From Trypanosoma brucei (taxonomy: Eukaryota): a stretch of DNA of 64,000 bases. Of this stretch, positions 21,035 to 32,586 are shown in pieces. The stretch spans positions 640,001-704,000 of the forward strand of contig CP000071.1 of NCBI GenBank assembly GCA_000002445.1. The letters are read 5' to 3'. The first letter of the stretch is position 1, and each line of letters starts with the position of its first letter. The notes below the pieces were generated by a model. That model did no database searches, was not told where the DNA came from, and saw only the letters and a program-made list of their open reading frames with translations. The position numbers and the translations under genes are program-made.

Positions 21035-21501
21035 ACAGGTAGTGACGGTCTCAGAGTAAACTGCGCTTCCCAATGAAGGGGTGAAAAATGCTGTGCACGT
21101 AGATGAAAGGTGCAGCGCGATGAGGCACATTCGATGCAGAAACTTCAACCATGATGTATTGTACTTGATCTACTGCTAGTTTCTGTCATTTTTATCCTTA
21201 GCTTTCCTTTTTTATTATTATTCCCGTTAGTTTTTGTTTTATAGCGGGGTGGTAAAAAAAAAATTGTGTGTGTTCACACCTCTTCCCAGATCATTTTATA
21301 TCATTACTTGCACAGCCGAAGCTAATTTCACAGTTCCGTATTCCATCATTCTTGCTGCCGCCACACCGGAAAAATTGAAGTTGCAAATACACTTATCGTC
21401 TTCTTTTTTTTTCAGCAGCTTCCCCTTACGCAACAAATAGAAGCATAGGGCATACATATATCACTGTTTGTATATAGAAGTTGCAGGGTTTATTGCCTTG
21501 A

Positions 21502-22602
21502 ATGTGGGAAGAAACGTACGTACGCGCCTGCGCGAACCTCGGCGTGCAGCCGCGAAATGAGGTTCTTGCGGCTGTGGGTGGCACTGCGCAGTTATGTGGA
21601 AACACATTTGCGAACTTTGAAAACCGCTTAACCGATGAGGAGCTCGCTGCCCTATGCGAAACCTGCCGTCAGATTTCTCTTGTAGCCGTCGTCCGCCTTC
21701 CCTACAATAACATCACTTGTCGGGGCGCGACCGCTTTGGCAAAAGCTATGAAAGAAGGGTTCAGTACACTACAGTACCTTGACTTGTCCTACAACTCTAT
21801 TAATGAAGAGGGTGCAAACGCTATTGCCGCGGCGGCAACTAATTATGAAATGTTGTCAACACTGTTACTAAATGGCAATCCCATTGGCGGTGGGTCAGGT
21901 CCATGTCTAAAGACTCTTCTGGAAAGCGAGAATACCCAACTGGTGACACTTGACCTCGAACAAACTGACCAGGGCTTAAAGTCGCTCGTCCACATTGCGA
22001 GAGGTTTGGTCCACAACACGACGCTCACTACGTTGAACCTTGGCCGCCCCCTCATGACGAACCCGATGGATGTGAGCTACGTCGTGGAGCATCTTTCTCT
22101 CGCCCTGAAAGAAAACCGAACACTACGGTTTTTGGGGTTGAGCCACTTCAATATGGCAGATTGTGATCTGGCATTATTACTCTCTACGCTGCGCGACTCG
22201 GCGGTAACAACACTCTCACTGAAAGGCAACAAATTATCTCAAGCTTCAGGTGAACCTCTCGCCCAACTACTGGCGCACAGGCCTGACTTTCTTTCGCTGG
22301 ACGTAACGGCGAATCGGCTGCGGGATGTCGGCGCACTCGCAATTGCTGCAGTCATCGCCAATCATCCAGGGTTGCGCGAGCTGCAGATTGGCTTTAACAC
22401 AATCGGTGGAGTCGGCATTTCCGCACTCGCTCAGTCGCTGGCGGCAAATGCCTCAATCACTACATTAAAGCTGTGGGGTAATGATCTCACCGATGAGTCG
22501 GTGAGGGACCTATATGCTATACGAGGCCGATTCGAATCGATGGAAGTTACAGACTTCAGTTTCTATGTTGTGGATGGTTGTCCTATGGTGGCAAGGGAGT
22601 AG
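21502..22602 (+). CDS. leucine-rich repeat protein (ribonuclease-inhibitor/NLRC3-like LRR)
   Basis: Repeating about 28-aa units L..L.L..N.IG..GA.ALA.AL..N..L (LQYLDLSYNSINEEGANAIAAAA, LRELQIGFNTIGGVGISALAQSLAAN, LKLWGNDLTDESV). Confidence 0.7.
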   Translation: MWEETYVRACANLGVQPRNEVLAAVGGTAQLCGNTFANFENRLTDEELAALCETCRQISLVAVVRLPYNNITCRGATALAKAMKEGFSTLQYLDLSYNSINEEGANAIAAAATNYEMLSTLLLNGNPIGGGSGPCLKTLLESENTQLVTLDLEQTDQGLKSLVHIARGLVHNTTLTTLNLGRPLMTNPMDVSYVVEHLSLALKENRTLRFLGLSHFNMADCDLALLLSTLRDSAVTTLSLKGNKLSQASGEPLAQLLAHRPDFLSLDVTANRLRDVGALAIAAVIANHPGLRELQIGFNTIGGVGISALAQSLAANASITTLKLWGNDLTDESVRDLYAIRGRFESMEVTDFSFYVVDGCPMVARE

Positions 22603-23074
22603 CGGGGTGATGTAGTAAAGTGTTGAGGAACAAGTAGATTGGGGACCTTACAGGCTTGAGTTTTGTTCTCCAAAGAAAGAAAAGGAGAAAGGAGTTCAGA
22701 AAAGCGGGTCTCCTCCTTAGTTATGTTCCACCCGTGTGTACATTGCGCTGCGCCATACCTGAAGAGGCGGTAGCGTCCCCTCTGGTTGCGTTTTCTCTTT
22801 ACTTTACCTCTAAAGTTGTCTTGGAGACCTTTGTTCTCGTTTTATTCATTACTGATCGTCACTACACTGTCCCATGTGATCCTATTTCTTTTGTGCCTTT
22901 CTCCTTCCTCCCCTGTGAATACTGCCCCCTGCCATCAACTCAGGCCCCTGGAGCTGCTGGTGCTTTCAATATAGTACTTTCCGTTACCTGGTCGTATATA
23001 TATATATATATCGTTAGAGGAGGCCCCCCGTCTTGTAGTCGTTCTCTCGGTCCATCTATACTTGCCGTCAAAAC

Positions 23075-24613
23075 ATGTGGACTGTTTTTGCTCCAGATCA
23101 AAATCAACTGTATGCGCTGTATATGCATCGCTGCGGTGCGCATGGCGTTGGCAAGCCGAGTAGGGAGATGCTTGCATTACTCACGGAGGATGACAAGGCG
23201 TGGCAATCGCGAGTGACGGAAGAGGCCCATCAGCGCGGCGTAAAGGTAGAAGATCTACAGGAAATAGAGGGCGATACGGTGGAGCGCCAAAGAGAGCGTG
23301 AGTCGGTTACACCACTGGCATTTCATCGCGTGTTTCGGTTGACCCCTTTCATTGCAAATAACGAGAGGGACGGCTCAGCTGCCCGTATACATGTGGGAGC
23401 TCGTGGGTTGTTAGCTATATTAGACGTGGTTCGTGAGTTACCCTTCCTTGAAGTTCTTGACCTTTCGAACCTCACTTCACTGTTCCTCGCGGACACGTAC
23501 CAGTATGACGGTGTGAAGGGGAACGATGTGATCTCTGCGTTGTGCTCAATAGCCGCGACGCATCCGTCACTTCGAGTGATTGATGTACGGGGCCAACCAC
23601 TCGGAACGTTGGCTGCCCATCATTTTCTAGAGCTACTGAAAGAAAATACCCGTATTCAAGAGGTACACTATGATACCGATGCAGTTGCCTGCCACCTCGT
23701 TGCAGCCATTAACAAACAACAGGAAAAAAACGCTGCCACCCCTCGGCAGCCGCCGAAACTTCCGCAGGAACCTTCGGATATGATACGGCGTATGCCTTTT
23801 CTTGATCGTAAGACCGTTAAAGAACAGCAATTGCTGAGGCGCCTTGTGGAGTCGGAGACCGGCATAGGTGATGTGATGTCTGAGGAGGAGGTCAGCACGT
23901 TTGTGCTGTATGCTCGCACGATGTCCACAACGGAAGTTATTACGCGCAGTAGGGGACTACTCGGCGACGGCATTCACCTATTTCTGCTTAAATCTGGTGT
24001 CATCCGCGCCGCAGCTGAAGCGCGTGGCTTCGAGATGCGTCGTGGTGACTTTTTCGGTGATACACACGGTGACATACTCTTTAGTCAAAATCTTCTTCAA
24101 GAGGTTGAGCGTGGCGTGGTGTACGCCATTCCTATTGAACACTGTGGCGCACTGCGTGCTGTTTGGGCACGCCGTGTGGCTGCACACTATAGCACACTAA
24201 AATACAACACATTGCTTCAAGCAGTCGATGTGTGGACGAGGCTACGCACCTGCTGTTGTTCTGTGTCCCGCGTGTTCGAAGAAGGGGAGGAAGTTATTGC
24301 AAAGGGTGATCCCTTCAAGGGGCTGTTCCTCGTCGTCTCGGGTGTTTTTAGTGTTATTGGCTGTGCAGGTGCTCGAGTAGGTGGGAAGGAATTTACCGTC
24401 GGGGATGCCTTCGGTGAGGAGCCGCTATTGACTAGACGTGAATGCAGCTCTGTGACGATTGTTGCTGGCAAAAATGAAAGCAGCGGTGAGAACTGCTGTT
24501 TAGTTGTGGAGGGGTGTGCGGCTCGAATACTCTTCAATTACCTTCGGCCGGTGCTGCTGACGCTCGTCTCGGCATATTCCCAACATGAGGAACTGCAACC
24601 CGTCCAAAAGTGA
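23075..24613 (+). CDS. RNI-type LRR protein with C-terminal cyclic-nucleotide-binding-like domain
   Basis: N-terminal LRRs (LEVLDLSNLTSLFLADT.., LRVIDVRGQPLGTLAAHHFLELLKENTRIQEV). C-terminal cNMP-binding signature (GDFFGDT..., FKGLFLVVSGVFSV...GGKEFTVGDAFGEEPLL). Confidence 0.6.
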   Translation: MWTVFAPDQNQLYALYMHRCGAHGVGKPSREMLALLTEDDKAWQSRVTEEAHQRGVKVEDLQEIEGDTVERQRERESVTPLAFHRVFRLTPFIANNERDGSAARIHVGARGLLAILDVVRELPFLEVLDLSNLTSLFLADTYQYDGVKGNDVISALCSIAATHPSLRVIDVRGQPLGTLAAHHFLELLKENTRIQEVHYDTDAVACHLVAAINKQQEKNAATPRQPPKLPQEPSDMIRRMPFLDRKTVKEQQLLRRLVESETGIGDVMSEEEVSTFVLYARTMSTTEVITRSRGLLGDGIHLFLLKSGVIRAAAEARGFEMRRGDFFGDTHGDILFSQNLLQEVERGVVYAIPIEHCGALRAVWARRVAAHYSTLKYNTLLQAVDVWTRLRTCCCSVSRVFEEGEEVIAKGDPFKGLFLVVSGVFSVIGCAGARVGGKEFTVGDAFGEEPLLTRRECSSVTIVAGKNESSGENCCLVVEGCAARILFNYLRPVLLTLVSAYSQHEELQPVQK

Positions 24614-25113
24614 GGCAAGCGCACCTCTTGATTGGTGTAGCCGGTGACTGTTGGGGCGGGTGGTGAGATGGAAGGGAGGGACATGTATATTTCTCGGCGT
24701 TTTTGTTTTCACTCCATGGATGAATGAAGCGTTTTTGTTGTTTATGCTTCGCTGCCTAAGATGCGTATTACCCCTCCCAGCGCGTGCAGGGGCTCGGGAA
24801 TGAATTACGCGGCGCACGGTTTCTCCGCTGTCCGCTTTTTAATTATCTCTGGAGCCAGTCGTTCTCGTGGTTGCCTGTTTCTGTCGACCGCATTCCCGCT
24901 GACGGCGAAGGGGAATTGGGATATGTGTGGGTGGGTAATCTCGCCACAAGATGCGTATATGTAGCTGTGAAGTCTTTTTTTCAGATTTGGATCGTGAGTA
25001 ATTTGAGAAAATTCCTGGTATTTAACTTTAACCTCTCCCCGTTTGCGAATCTCACGTTTGCCCCTTATCCCGTTTGTACCCCATTTTTTTTTTTGTTGCT
25101 GAGGCCGCACATC

Positions 25114-25812
25114 ATGGCTTGTGGTGCGATTGTGCTCTTACAAGACTCGTGCAGTGCCATTGCCGTACTTGAGGAGGTGCGCAAGCATGTCAGAATGAGG
25201 GGTAACGAAGCTGAGGCGATATGCAGCAACATCAACGACTACGTGTACCATTCTCTAGCCGCACAGGCAACATTTGTGTTAGGTGAAACGGAGGTGCCGC
25301 GCATGTTGGCGCGCGCAGGCGTTGGCGAGTTGCAAGCATACACAATTAACTGTAGTGGTGGTAAAGCGGAGCTGTGTCTTTTCTGCGTGGGCACTTCTTC
25401 CACAGTCTTGCCATGTTTTGTTGCGTTACCCTCGTCGCGTGGTCGCGTATTTTTGGACATGTGTTTGACCTGGGCGTTTCGTGCGCATTATGAGCAGGCG
25501 CGCCAATGCGCCTCACGCTTTAAATTAGCGTTGCTCCAGACAATTGGTGGTGGATGGGCATCACTTCGTCGCGTGGATAAAGCGCTGCGGTGCGCTTTGC
25601 TTCTTCGTGAAACCGCCGCGGAGCTTAATGACGCTGTGACGGAGCGAAAGTCCCGCGTGTTTGTTGGCTGGGCTCTTTTGTGGAGCGGAGATGTGCGGCA
25701 AGCGGTTACCATATTTGAGCAAGAATGCAAGGAGGCGCGATGTGAAGGCGACACCGCGCAGGAACGGAGGTGTGTGGCAGCTTTACATTACGTGCGTCAC
25801 AACGCGTTCTAA
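25114..25812 (+). CDS. hypothetical protein (232 aa from MACGAIVLLQD...); the longer ORF from 24784 is probably a 5' over-extension
   Basis: An ATG directly follows a poly-T/pyrimidine tract plus AG (25083-25113), the typical trans-splice acceptor context; no domain recognised. Confidence 0.35.
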   Translation: MACGAIVLLQDSCSAIAVLEEVRKHVRMRGNEAEAICSNINDYVYHSLAAQATFVLGETEVPRMLARAGVGELQAYTINCSGGKAELCLFCVGTSSTVLPCFVALPSSRGRVFLDMCLTWAFRAHYEQARQCASRFKLALLQTIGGGWASLRRVDKALRCALLLRETAAELNDAVTERKSRVFVGWALLWSGDVRQAVTIFEQECKEARCEGDTAQERRCVAALHYVRHNAF

Positions 25813-26461
25813 GCACAGGTGAAGGAAGCAGGGGCAGCGTGGAGAGTCCTTCACTCTTCGCCTAACAGCGAATGTTGTTGCGGTGAGAGCACTAATGACG
25901 CCTCAGAGGGACATTGGAAGCACAGTTGCTTTCTAGCGAGGTGGTGGTGGTGATGCTGGTAAATGTTAAGAAGCGGAGAGGGAGAGAGTTGCTCGTGCAT
26001 GTTGCCAGTGGTAATGTTCCACTGTCATCGGTCGTGAAGTCTTGCATTTCTTTGGCCGAACGTGATCTCAGTGGGATAATGGTTGTTATGGAGAGATATG
26101 CACTTGGTTGCGGCTGCCGTATTGGTTGTCTTCAGTGTACTCTCGTTGCTGATGTCTGCACGGCGGGTAGCTCAATATGATAACTGATGTGTGAGGAAGA
26201 GAGGAGATAAGTTAAGCGCTGAGACCTTTTCTGTTCGAGGTAATTCTCCTCTATTATTTTGTTCGACTCTTTGATTGCAAGTGCTAGCTCAGTAGGACAG
26301 CATCTTCCTCAAAGGAATCAAGAGAAACGCGGTGAAGGCGCGCGGGACGGCGTGAAACGACACCTAGTTGCACTTCCTAAAGTGCCGACCTCCGTGTGTG
26401 TTTAGTCTCAAATAAACCGAGTAAACGACCGAGAAACGGCAGAGCTGGTATTTGCACGTAA

Positions 26462-26827
26462 ATGACATGTAATGTGACGCCAGAGCAGGAGCTACAAGTG
26501 CTGCAGATGATATTGAAACTTTGTGCTGCAGGTGCTGAAGAGTCTGGTGAAAAGTTTCGCCTTAAAGTTCGAAAGGCTCTGCAAGAGTCAGCAAATGACG
26601 AGGCAGCCATTGAAGCAGTAGCATCACTGTTACGTCACTACGGAAAGGTGCTGAAGAAGCTCGATGGCTCTTACGAAAAGGAACGTGAGTTGAAGCGGCT
26701 CCGATCCGAACGTGGGGCTTTGCGAGCATCTCGGTTTGTGGATGATCAAGCGGAGAGCGGGGACGAGGACGAGGACGAAGATGTAAGTGGGGATGAGGAG
26801 GTCGAGGACGTCGAGGTGGAAACATAG
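26462..26827 (+). CDS. small acidic hypothetical protein (121 aa, D/E-rich C-terminus)
   Basis: ORF with coiled/acidic tail ...SGDEDEDEDVSGDEEVEDVEVET; no recognisable domain. Confidence 0.3.
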   Translation: MTCNVTPEQELQVLQMILKLCAAGAEESGEKFRLKVRKALQESANDEAAIEAVASLLRHYGKVLKKLDGSYEKERELKRLRSERGALRASRFVDDQAESGDEDEDEDVSGDEEVEDVEVET

Positions 26828-27834
26828 AAATGTGAGTGGTAATGAAATGGTGAAATGGGTGTGAAGGGATATTGAAGATAGGACGCAGAGGCGCTTGCAG
26901 TGGGCGACCCACAGCTACGTTCCCCCGTGACCAACATTCTTTCACTTTTGCTTTAAAGAAGGAATGCGTTACATATTAGAGGCTCTTATCGATGTACAGA
27001 AAAAGGGGTATCACTTGCAACTTATCATTGGCCCGTACGGTGGAAACGAAGCCTACTGTGAAATTGGAGAAACGTTAAGTGCGTGTGCGTACGCCGCACG
27101 CCGCACGAGTGGTTGTGTGTCATGCAGAGACTCGAAAAACAACTCGTGTAGGTTCCGGTAGTGGCGGCAATAAGCTACTTCTCCTCTGATAGGCAGTGTT
27201 TTCCCGTCGTCGGACCACCTTAATACCCCAGATGTGCATCACCAATTTCTTCTGTTCGCTAAACTGGAGATACCTTACGAAAGGCAAATTCTGTTCACCT
27301 GCGCTAAACAGTACTTGTAATGATGCTGACCCCACTTTGAGGCGGTGAGGGGAGTGAGAGCAATACGTCCTGCATTTGTGTGCAGTTTCCCCTCTCGTAT
27401 ATCAGTCTATGGATAGTTGCGGGGTGCACTCTCTTTGGACTCACATGCCGATGCAGCACTCCCCAGCTGTTGTTGTTGTTTCGCATCCCCGTCGCATGGC
27501 GCGCCAACGTTTTTGTTTGCTTGTCATCAACGTGGGTCTCTTCCATTTCATTGGCGGAGGAACGATACGATTCTCGTATAAACTAATATGCTCTTCGTTC
27601 TTTTATTTCTCGTATTATCATTATTATTATTATTGATTTTTTGGAGACACAACTCGCTGTAGTAAAGAAGTAACTGAGGAAAAGGAAGAAAGAGGAAGCG
27701 TATACTTCTTTTGGGGCGTCCTGACTACTTTCCGTTTGCCCATCAACTAGCAAAAAAAAATATTGAAGCATCCATTGATTATCATTGTTTGCTCGTTAGG
27801 CAATTGCGTCGGAAGTTTGTGAAGTCGACCGCCT

Positions 27835-30800
27835 GTGCATATGACCCCCAATAAAACACCTGTGGGTGACATCAAGCTAGACGATAACACTGAGACCAAT
27901 TATCCGATCAATACGTCTGGCGGGGAGCCAACTGAGAATCACGCAGACACCGACCTCGACACACAATACAAGATACATGAGTATGATACTCGACATGCAG
28001 AGTTGAAGCAACGGCTGATGCAAATATGGGGTGATGATGTTGAGTATGTTGCTCGGGGTGAGGAGAATGCGAATTGGCTTCAGAAGATAACGTACACATG
28101 GGTAAAGAAGTACATCCGCACGGCCGTCAAAGAAGAGTTAACGTTGGAGGGCCTTCCCACAGCTCAAAGTGATCACAGAGCACATAAATGCGGTCGGCAA
28201 CTTTCAGCCGTAACGGCCGAAAGCTACTACCGCCGCCATCTGTGGGATCCCATTGTGGGGGCTGGGGTTTCGAGGAGAGGAGATTCTCAGAGCCGTGGGA
28301 CGCTACGATGGGTTGGTGTACTTCAGTCAGGCCGATACAAAGAGGTAATGGCCGCAGTGACCTGGCAAACACCACCCCTGCAGCGGCTTTCCGAGCACGA
28401 GAATGGTGTGTCACCTTTCTTTAGCGGCGCGGTACACGGTGAAGTGCTTTTTCCTCCGGAAGCAAGTAACAACTCCACAATGGAGAAACCGGAGGATTTG
28501 CAGCTGCTCGGTTGTGGGTCGGTCTCAGCTAACGTTGTGGATCAACTCGCATTCCCTGGGCGAATATCAGCTGCACGCAACCTTTTCAATGCAAAACGGG
28601 GAATCATACTATGGCAGTTTCCTCTCAGAGTCCTTGGTGACCTGCTAACCCTCACTGTTCCGTTGATTTTAAAGGAATACGTCCGATACCTCGATGCCCC
28701 TTCACACACGTGGGGGAGAGGCATGCTTCTTGCCTTCGGCCTATTCGTGGCTCACTGTGTGCAATCCGTTGTGTTACACTGGTTCTACCACATGGGCATA
28801 AAGGGCGGACTGTGCTGGCGGAGCGCCCTGTCGGCTGTCATACTGGAGAAGTGTTTCGTTATATCTCCCAAGGCGTTAGCTCTTCCAGAGATGAACACAG
28901 GGCGTATCCTTAACATGCTGACTACTGATGTGGAGCGTGCCAACGAGTTCGTGCAGTTATGCTTGTACCTATGGAGCTCACCCGTCATATTCATTGCGTC
29001 GACATTTCTCTTGTACAGTTTGGTTGGGTGGAGCGCACTGGTTACTGTTGTGGTTCTCCCACTAACATTGACCCTAAATGGATACATCGTACGGCAAGCC
29101 ATGAAAATACAGCGGAAAATTATGAAAGTTGCCGACTCTCGCGTGAAGGCCACTAACGAATTTATTTCTGGTATTCGCATTGTGAAATTCATGGCATGGG
29201 AACCTTCCTTCATCGCGGCCATTGAGAAGCAAAGGGACACGGAGCTGAGGTACCTCAGGCGGCTGCAGCGGTGCCACACACTTACGTCCTTCCTTAACAA
29301 TGCGATGCCACCGCTTACGATCGCCATCGTGTTTGTTACGTACCATCTTCTCGGTAACAAGCTCACACCTGAAGTCGTTTTCCCAACACTGATGCTTCTT
29401 TCAGTGATACGCATGCCATTCCTGTTGCTCCCCATGACGTTGAGGACCGTCACGCAGTTTGTCATTTCAATGAAACGTGTTTCTGTCTTCCTCGAGTGCG
29501 AGAACACCGTGAAGGGTGTGGGTGACGTTACTGAACTTCTTGCCACACAGAAGAACGCCCCTCCGTGCTGGTGCGAAGCCGCTGCCGTGTTTGACAACGC
29601 GGAGGTAACAGCGCTCTTTCCAGTAAAACTACCGCGTATTCCCACCGTCGTTACCTCACTTTGTGGTCGTATAATGGCGCGGCTATGCTGCTGTGGAGCA
29701 TGCCAACCTAAACGGCATTCACTTTCACCTCTGGAGGTGATTGACAGCGAGGATGAGGGAGAAGGCTCCGCACAAGCAGGGAACGAAAAGCCTCCGGGGC
29801 GACCCGGAGGTAACCAGAAACAACCGTCGCCTGAAGAAACTCCACGAGGCGTCAATAAAAAGGTTGGAGAAGCGCGCTACCAGCTAAGGCCGAAAAAACT
29901 CCTTAGAGACATTAGCATTGAGGTGCCAAAGGGAAAACTTACTGTTGTGCTTGGTGCCACGGGAAGTGGTAAGTCAACACTACTAGAGACGCTGTTGGGT
30001 AACTTTGAGGTGACGCATGGCAGTGTGTTAGCAGCGAAGAGCTTTGCATACGTTCCACAACAACCGTGGATCATGAATGCAACGCTACGCGACAACATCC
30101 TTTTTTTTACTCCGGAAAACGAAGAACGACTGCATAAAGCCGTGCGTGTGTGCCAACTGGAGGCAGATTTGCAGCAGCTCCCTGCCGGGATGGAAACAGA
30201 AATTGGAGAAAAAGGAATCAACCTGAGCGGCGGTCAAAAGGCGCGGGTAAGTCTTGCTCGCGCAGTATACGCTGACCGCGACTTTTATATACTGGATGAT
30301 CCTCTTTCCGCACTCGATGCGCATGTGGGCGAACTAATCGTACGGGATTTGATTCTGGGCCATTTGGCATGTAAGACTCGGGTGCTGGCGACACATCAGT
30401 TGCATGTCTTACCACACGCTGATTTTGTGGTTGCCATGGAGGATGGCACCGTGAAATTCGCTGGGGAGAGCAAGGACTTTATGCGATCACCTTTATGCAA
30501 AAAGCTTGCTGCTGAGGGCTGTGAGAGAAAACACGAGGGATCAAGTGACAGGGAGGTAGACGAAAGTGATATACTGGATGGCAAGCCGGTACACTCGAAT
30601 GGCAACGAGCCCACGCAAGATGGTGGAAATGAGGGTGGTGAAAAGAAGAATACGGAGGCTGTGGATGGACGGCTCACCCTGATGGAAGAGAAAGCTGTTG
30701 GGTCTGTGCCGTGGAAAACATACAAGAGGTATGTTGGTGCATGTGGCGGCGGATGCAAAGCTTTGTTGGTTATTTTTACCTACTTCTTCACAGAGTTACT

Positions 30801-32586
30801 TACCGTAGCAGCTAATCTGTGGTTGTCTATGTGGTCTACTAATAAGTTCAAACTTGATGAAACAACGAATTTGTACGTGTACTTGGGCATTGTTATCGCT
30901 GGGACTATTTCCGTACCACTGCGCTACACAACGACGTTTGGTTCGATGCGCCACGGATCACGTACCCTCCACAGGTTTCTTCTACGATCTATTTCCACTG
31001 GAAAAATGTCATTCTTCGATACGACACCTCTGGGCCGCATTGTAAACCGATTCAGCCGTGATATTGACCGGCTTGACAACTCACTTCCAATGACGTTCAT
31101 ATTTTTGATGCAGGTGACATTTTCGATTATATCGGCGATAGCGGTGTATATCGGATCACAACCCTACGTCCTTGTTGCCCTAATCCCAGTCTGCTACGTA
31201 TACTATAGGCTAACTTTGTTCTACAGTGCTTCCAACAGGGAAATCCGGCGTGTTGGAAGCACCGCAAAGGCGCCCTTAATGTCATTAGTGGGTGAAGCGC
31301 TTGTCGGCTCTAGCACGATATCGGCATATGGTTGTCAGACTGCGATTATGAAGAAAGCACTAGCGTACATCGACCTTGTCTACGCCTCCTCACTTCTAGA
31401 GAATGCAGCAAATCGGTGGATTGGCTTGCGTGTGGAGTTTCTGAATACTGTGGTTATTCTGGTCATCGCTCTTACTGGTGTCATTGGAGCGATGTTGGGT
31501 GTTGATTCACACGACATTGCCCTCGTGTCTCTCAGTCTTACAATGGCGCTGATGACAACAGCTGCTCTGAACTGGCTCGTGCGTATGTGCGGTTCGATGG
31601 AGGCTGATATGAATAGCGTTGAGCGTATCCTATACTATACAGACAACATTGAAAACGAGGACATGCCTGAACTAGACGAGCTCGTTCGGGCGGCGAAGAA
31701 AGCGGAGGAAACGACACCGAGACCAAAAGCGTCAAGTGCCACGACGACTGCGGTACATGTGCCAGTAAATGGTCCAGTCGAAAGAAACGTAGTACCAGGC
31801 TGGGTGGAGTTTCGTGATGTGGACCTGCGCTACCGTGACGGGTTGCCGCTTGTGTTGAACAAAGTCTCTTTTCGTGTGAACCCTGGGCAGAAGGTGGGCA
31901 TCGTTGGCCGCACTGGGAGTGGCAAGTCGACCCTGCTGCTCACTTTTATGAGGATGATTGATACGTGTGGTGGTGAGATTATTGTTTCTGGCCGCCCAAT
32001 AGCATCGTATGGACTGCGCGAGTTGCGTCAGCTGTTCTCAATGATCCCACAAGATCCGGTGCTGTTCGATGGGACGGTGGCATCCAACCTCGATCCCTTC
32101 AGCCAGGCTACACCAGAAGAGGTGTGGCGCGCACTGGAGTTGGTGGGAATGCGTGGACACGTGGCTGCGGAGAGTGGTGGTATTGAAGCTCGTGTGCAGG
32201 AGGGAGGTTTGAACTACAGCGTTGGCCAACGTCAGCTTCTTTGCCTTGCCCGTGCCCTACTGAAGCGTGACAGTGCCTTCATTCTCATGGACGAGGCAAC
32301 CGCTAATATTGATCACGCACTTGACAAGCAGATCCAGAACACCGTGAGGACTGCCTTCGCTAACCATACTGTTATAACAATTGCCCACAGACTTCACACT
32401 GTGGCGCAGTATGATAAGATCATTGTCATGGATAATGGCGTGGTTGCCGAGTGTGGTGCCCCCCGTGACCTTGCCTTGAGCACCTCTTCGAAGTTCAGGG
32501 AGCTGCTCAACTCTCTAGGGACTAATGAAGTGAAAAATTTCATGGCAGTTGTGGAAGGGGCCGCTGCTTCACGTAGCAGCGGGTAG
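27835..32586 (+). CDS. MRPA: ABCC-family multidrug-resistance-associated ABC transporter (MRPA/PGPA-like)
   Basis: 1583 aa with the order TMD, NBD, TMD, NBD. NBD1 has Walker A GATGSGKST, signature LSGGQKARVSLARA and Walker B FYILDDPLSALD. NBD2 has GRTGSGKST, YSVGQRQLLCLARALL and ILMDEATANID. N-terminal MRP-type extension. Confidence 0.9.
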   Translation: MHMTPNKTPVGDIKLDDNTETNYPINTSGGEPTENHADTDLDTQYKIHEYDTRHAELKQRLMQIWGDDVEYVARGEENANWLQKITYTWVKKYIRTAVKEELTLEGLPTAQSDHRAHKCGRQLSAVTAESYYRRHLWDPIVGAGVSRRGDSQSRGTLRWVGVLQSGRYKEVMAAVTWQTPPLQRLSEHENGVSPFFSGAVHGEVLFPPEASNNSTMEKPEDLQLLGCGSVSANVVDQLAFPGRISAARNLFNAKRGIILWQFPLRVLGDLLTLTVPLILKEYVRYLDAPSHTWGRGMLLAFGLFVAHCVQSVVLHWFYHMGIKGGLCWRSALSAVILEKCFVISPKALALPEMNTGRILNMLTTDVERANEFVQLCLYLWSSPVIFIASTFLLYSLVGWSALVTVVVLPLTLTLNGYIVRQAMKIQRKIMKVADSRVKATNEFISGIRIVKFMAWEPSFIAAIEKQRDTELRYLRRLQRCHTLTSFLNNAMPPLTIAIVFVTYHLLGNKLTPEVVFPTLMLLSVIRMPFLLLPMTLRTVTQFVISMKRVSVFLECENTVKGVGDVTELLATQKNAPPCWCEAAAVFDNAEVTALFPVKLPRIPTVVTSLCGRIMARLCCCGACQPKRHSLSPLEVIDSEDEGEGSAQAGNEKPPGRPGGNQKQPSPEETPRGVNKKVGEARYQLRPKKLLRDISIEVPKGKLTVVLGATGSGKSTLLETLLGNFEVTHGSVLAAKSFAYVPQQPWIMNATLRDNILFFTPENEERLHKAVRVCQLEADLQQLPAGMETEIGEKGINLSGGQKARVSLARAVYADRDFYILDDPLSALDAHVGELIVRDLILGHLACKTRVLATHQLHVLPHADFVVAMEDGTVKFAGESKDFMRSPLCKKLAAEGCERKHEGSSDREVDESDILDGKPVHSNGNEPTQDGGNEGGEKKNTEAVDGRLTLMEEKAVGSVPWKTYKRYVGACGGGCKALLVIFTYFFTELLTVAANLWLSMWSTNKFKLDETTNLYVYLGIVIAGTISVPLRYTTTFGSMRHGSRTLHRFLLRSISTGKMSFFDTTPLGRIVNRFSRDIDRLDNSLPMTFIFLMQVTFSIISAIAVYIGSQPYVLVALIPVCYVYYRLTLFYSASNREIRRVGSTAKAPLMSLVGEALVGSSTISAYGCQTAIMKKALAYIDLVYASSLLENAANRWIGLRVEFLNTVVILVIALTGVIGAMLGVDSHDIALVSLSLTMALMTTAALNWLVRMCGSMEADMNSVERILYYTDNIENEDMPELDELVRAAKKAEETTPRPKASSATTTAVHVPVNGPVERNVVPGWVEFRDVDLRYRDGLPLVLNKVSFRVNPGQKVGIVGRTGSGKSTLLLTFMRMIDTCGGEIIVSGRPIASYGLRELRQLFSMIPQDPVLFDGTVASNLDPFSQATPEEVWRALELVGMRGHVAAESGGIEARVQEGGLNYSVGQRQLLCLARALLKRDSAFILMDEATANIDHALDKQIQNTVRTAFANHTVITIAHRLHTVAQYDKIIVMDNGVVAECGAPRDLALSTSSKFRELLNSLGTNEVKNFMAVVEGAAASRSSG

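Noticed and set aside
24784-25113. 5' part of the 342-aa ORF upstream of MACGAIV
   Set aside because: It contains the poly-T/pyrimidine tract and AG that look like the splice-acceptor region, so it is more likely 5' UTR than coding.
28785-29855. 356-aa minus-strand ORF
   Set aside because: It lies entirely antisense within the MRPA coding region. It is Ser/Thr/Arg-rich with no domain; a typical shadow ORF of a GC-balanced gene.
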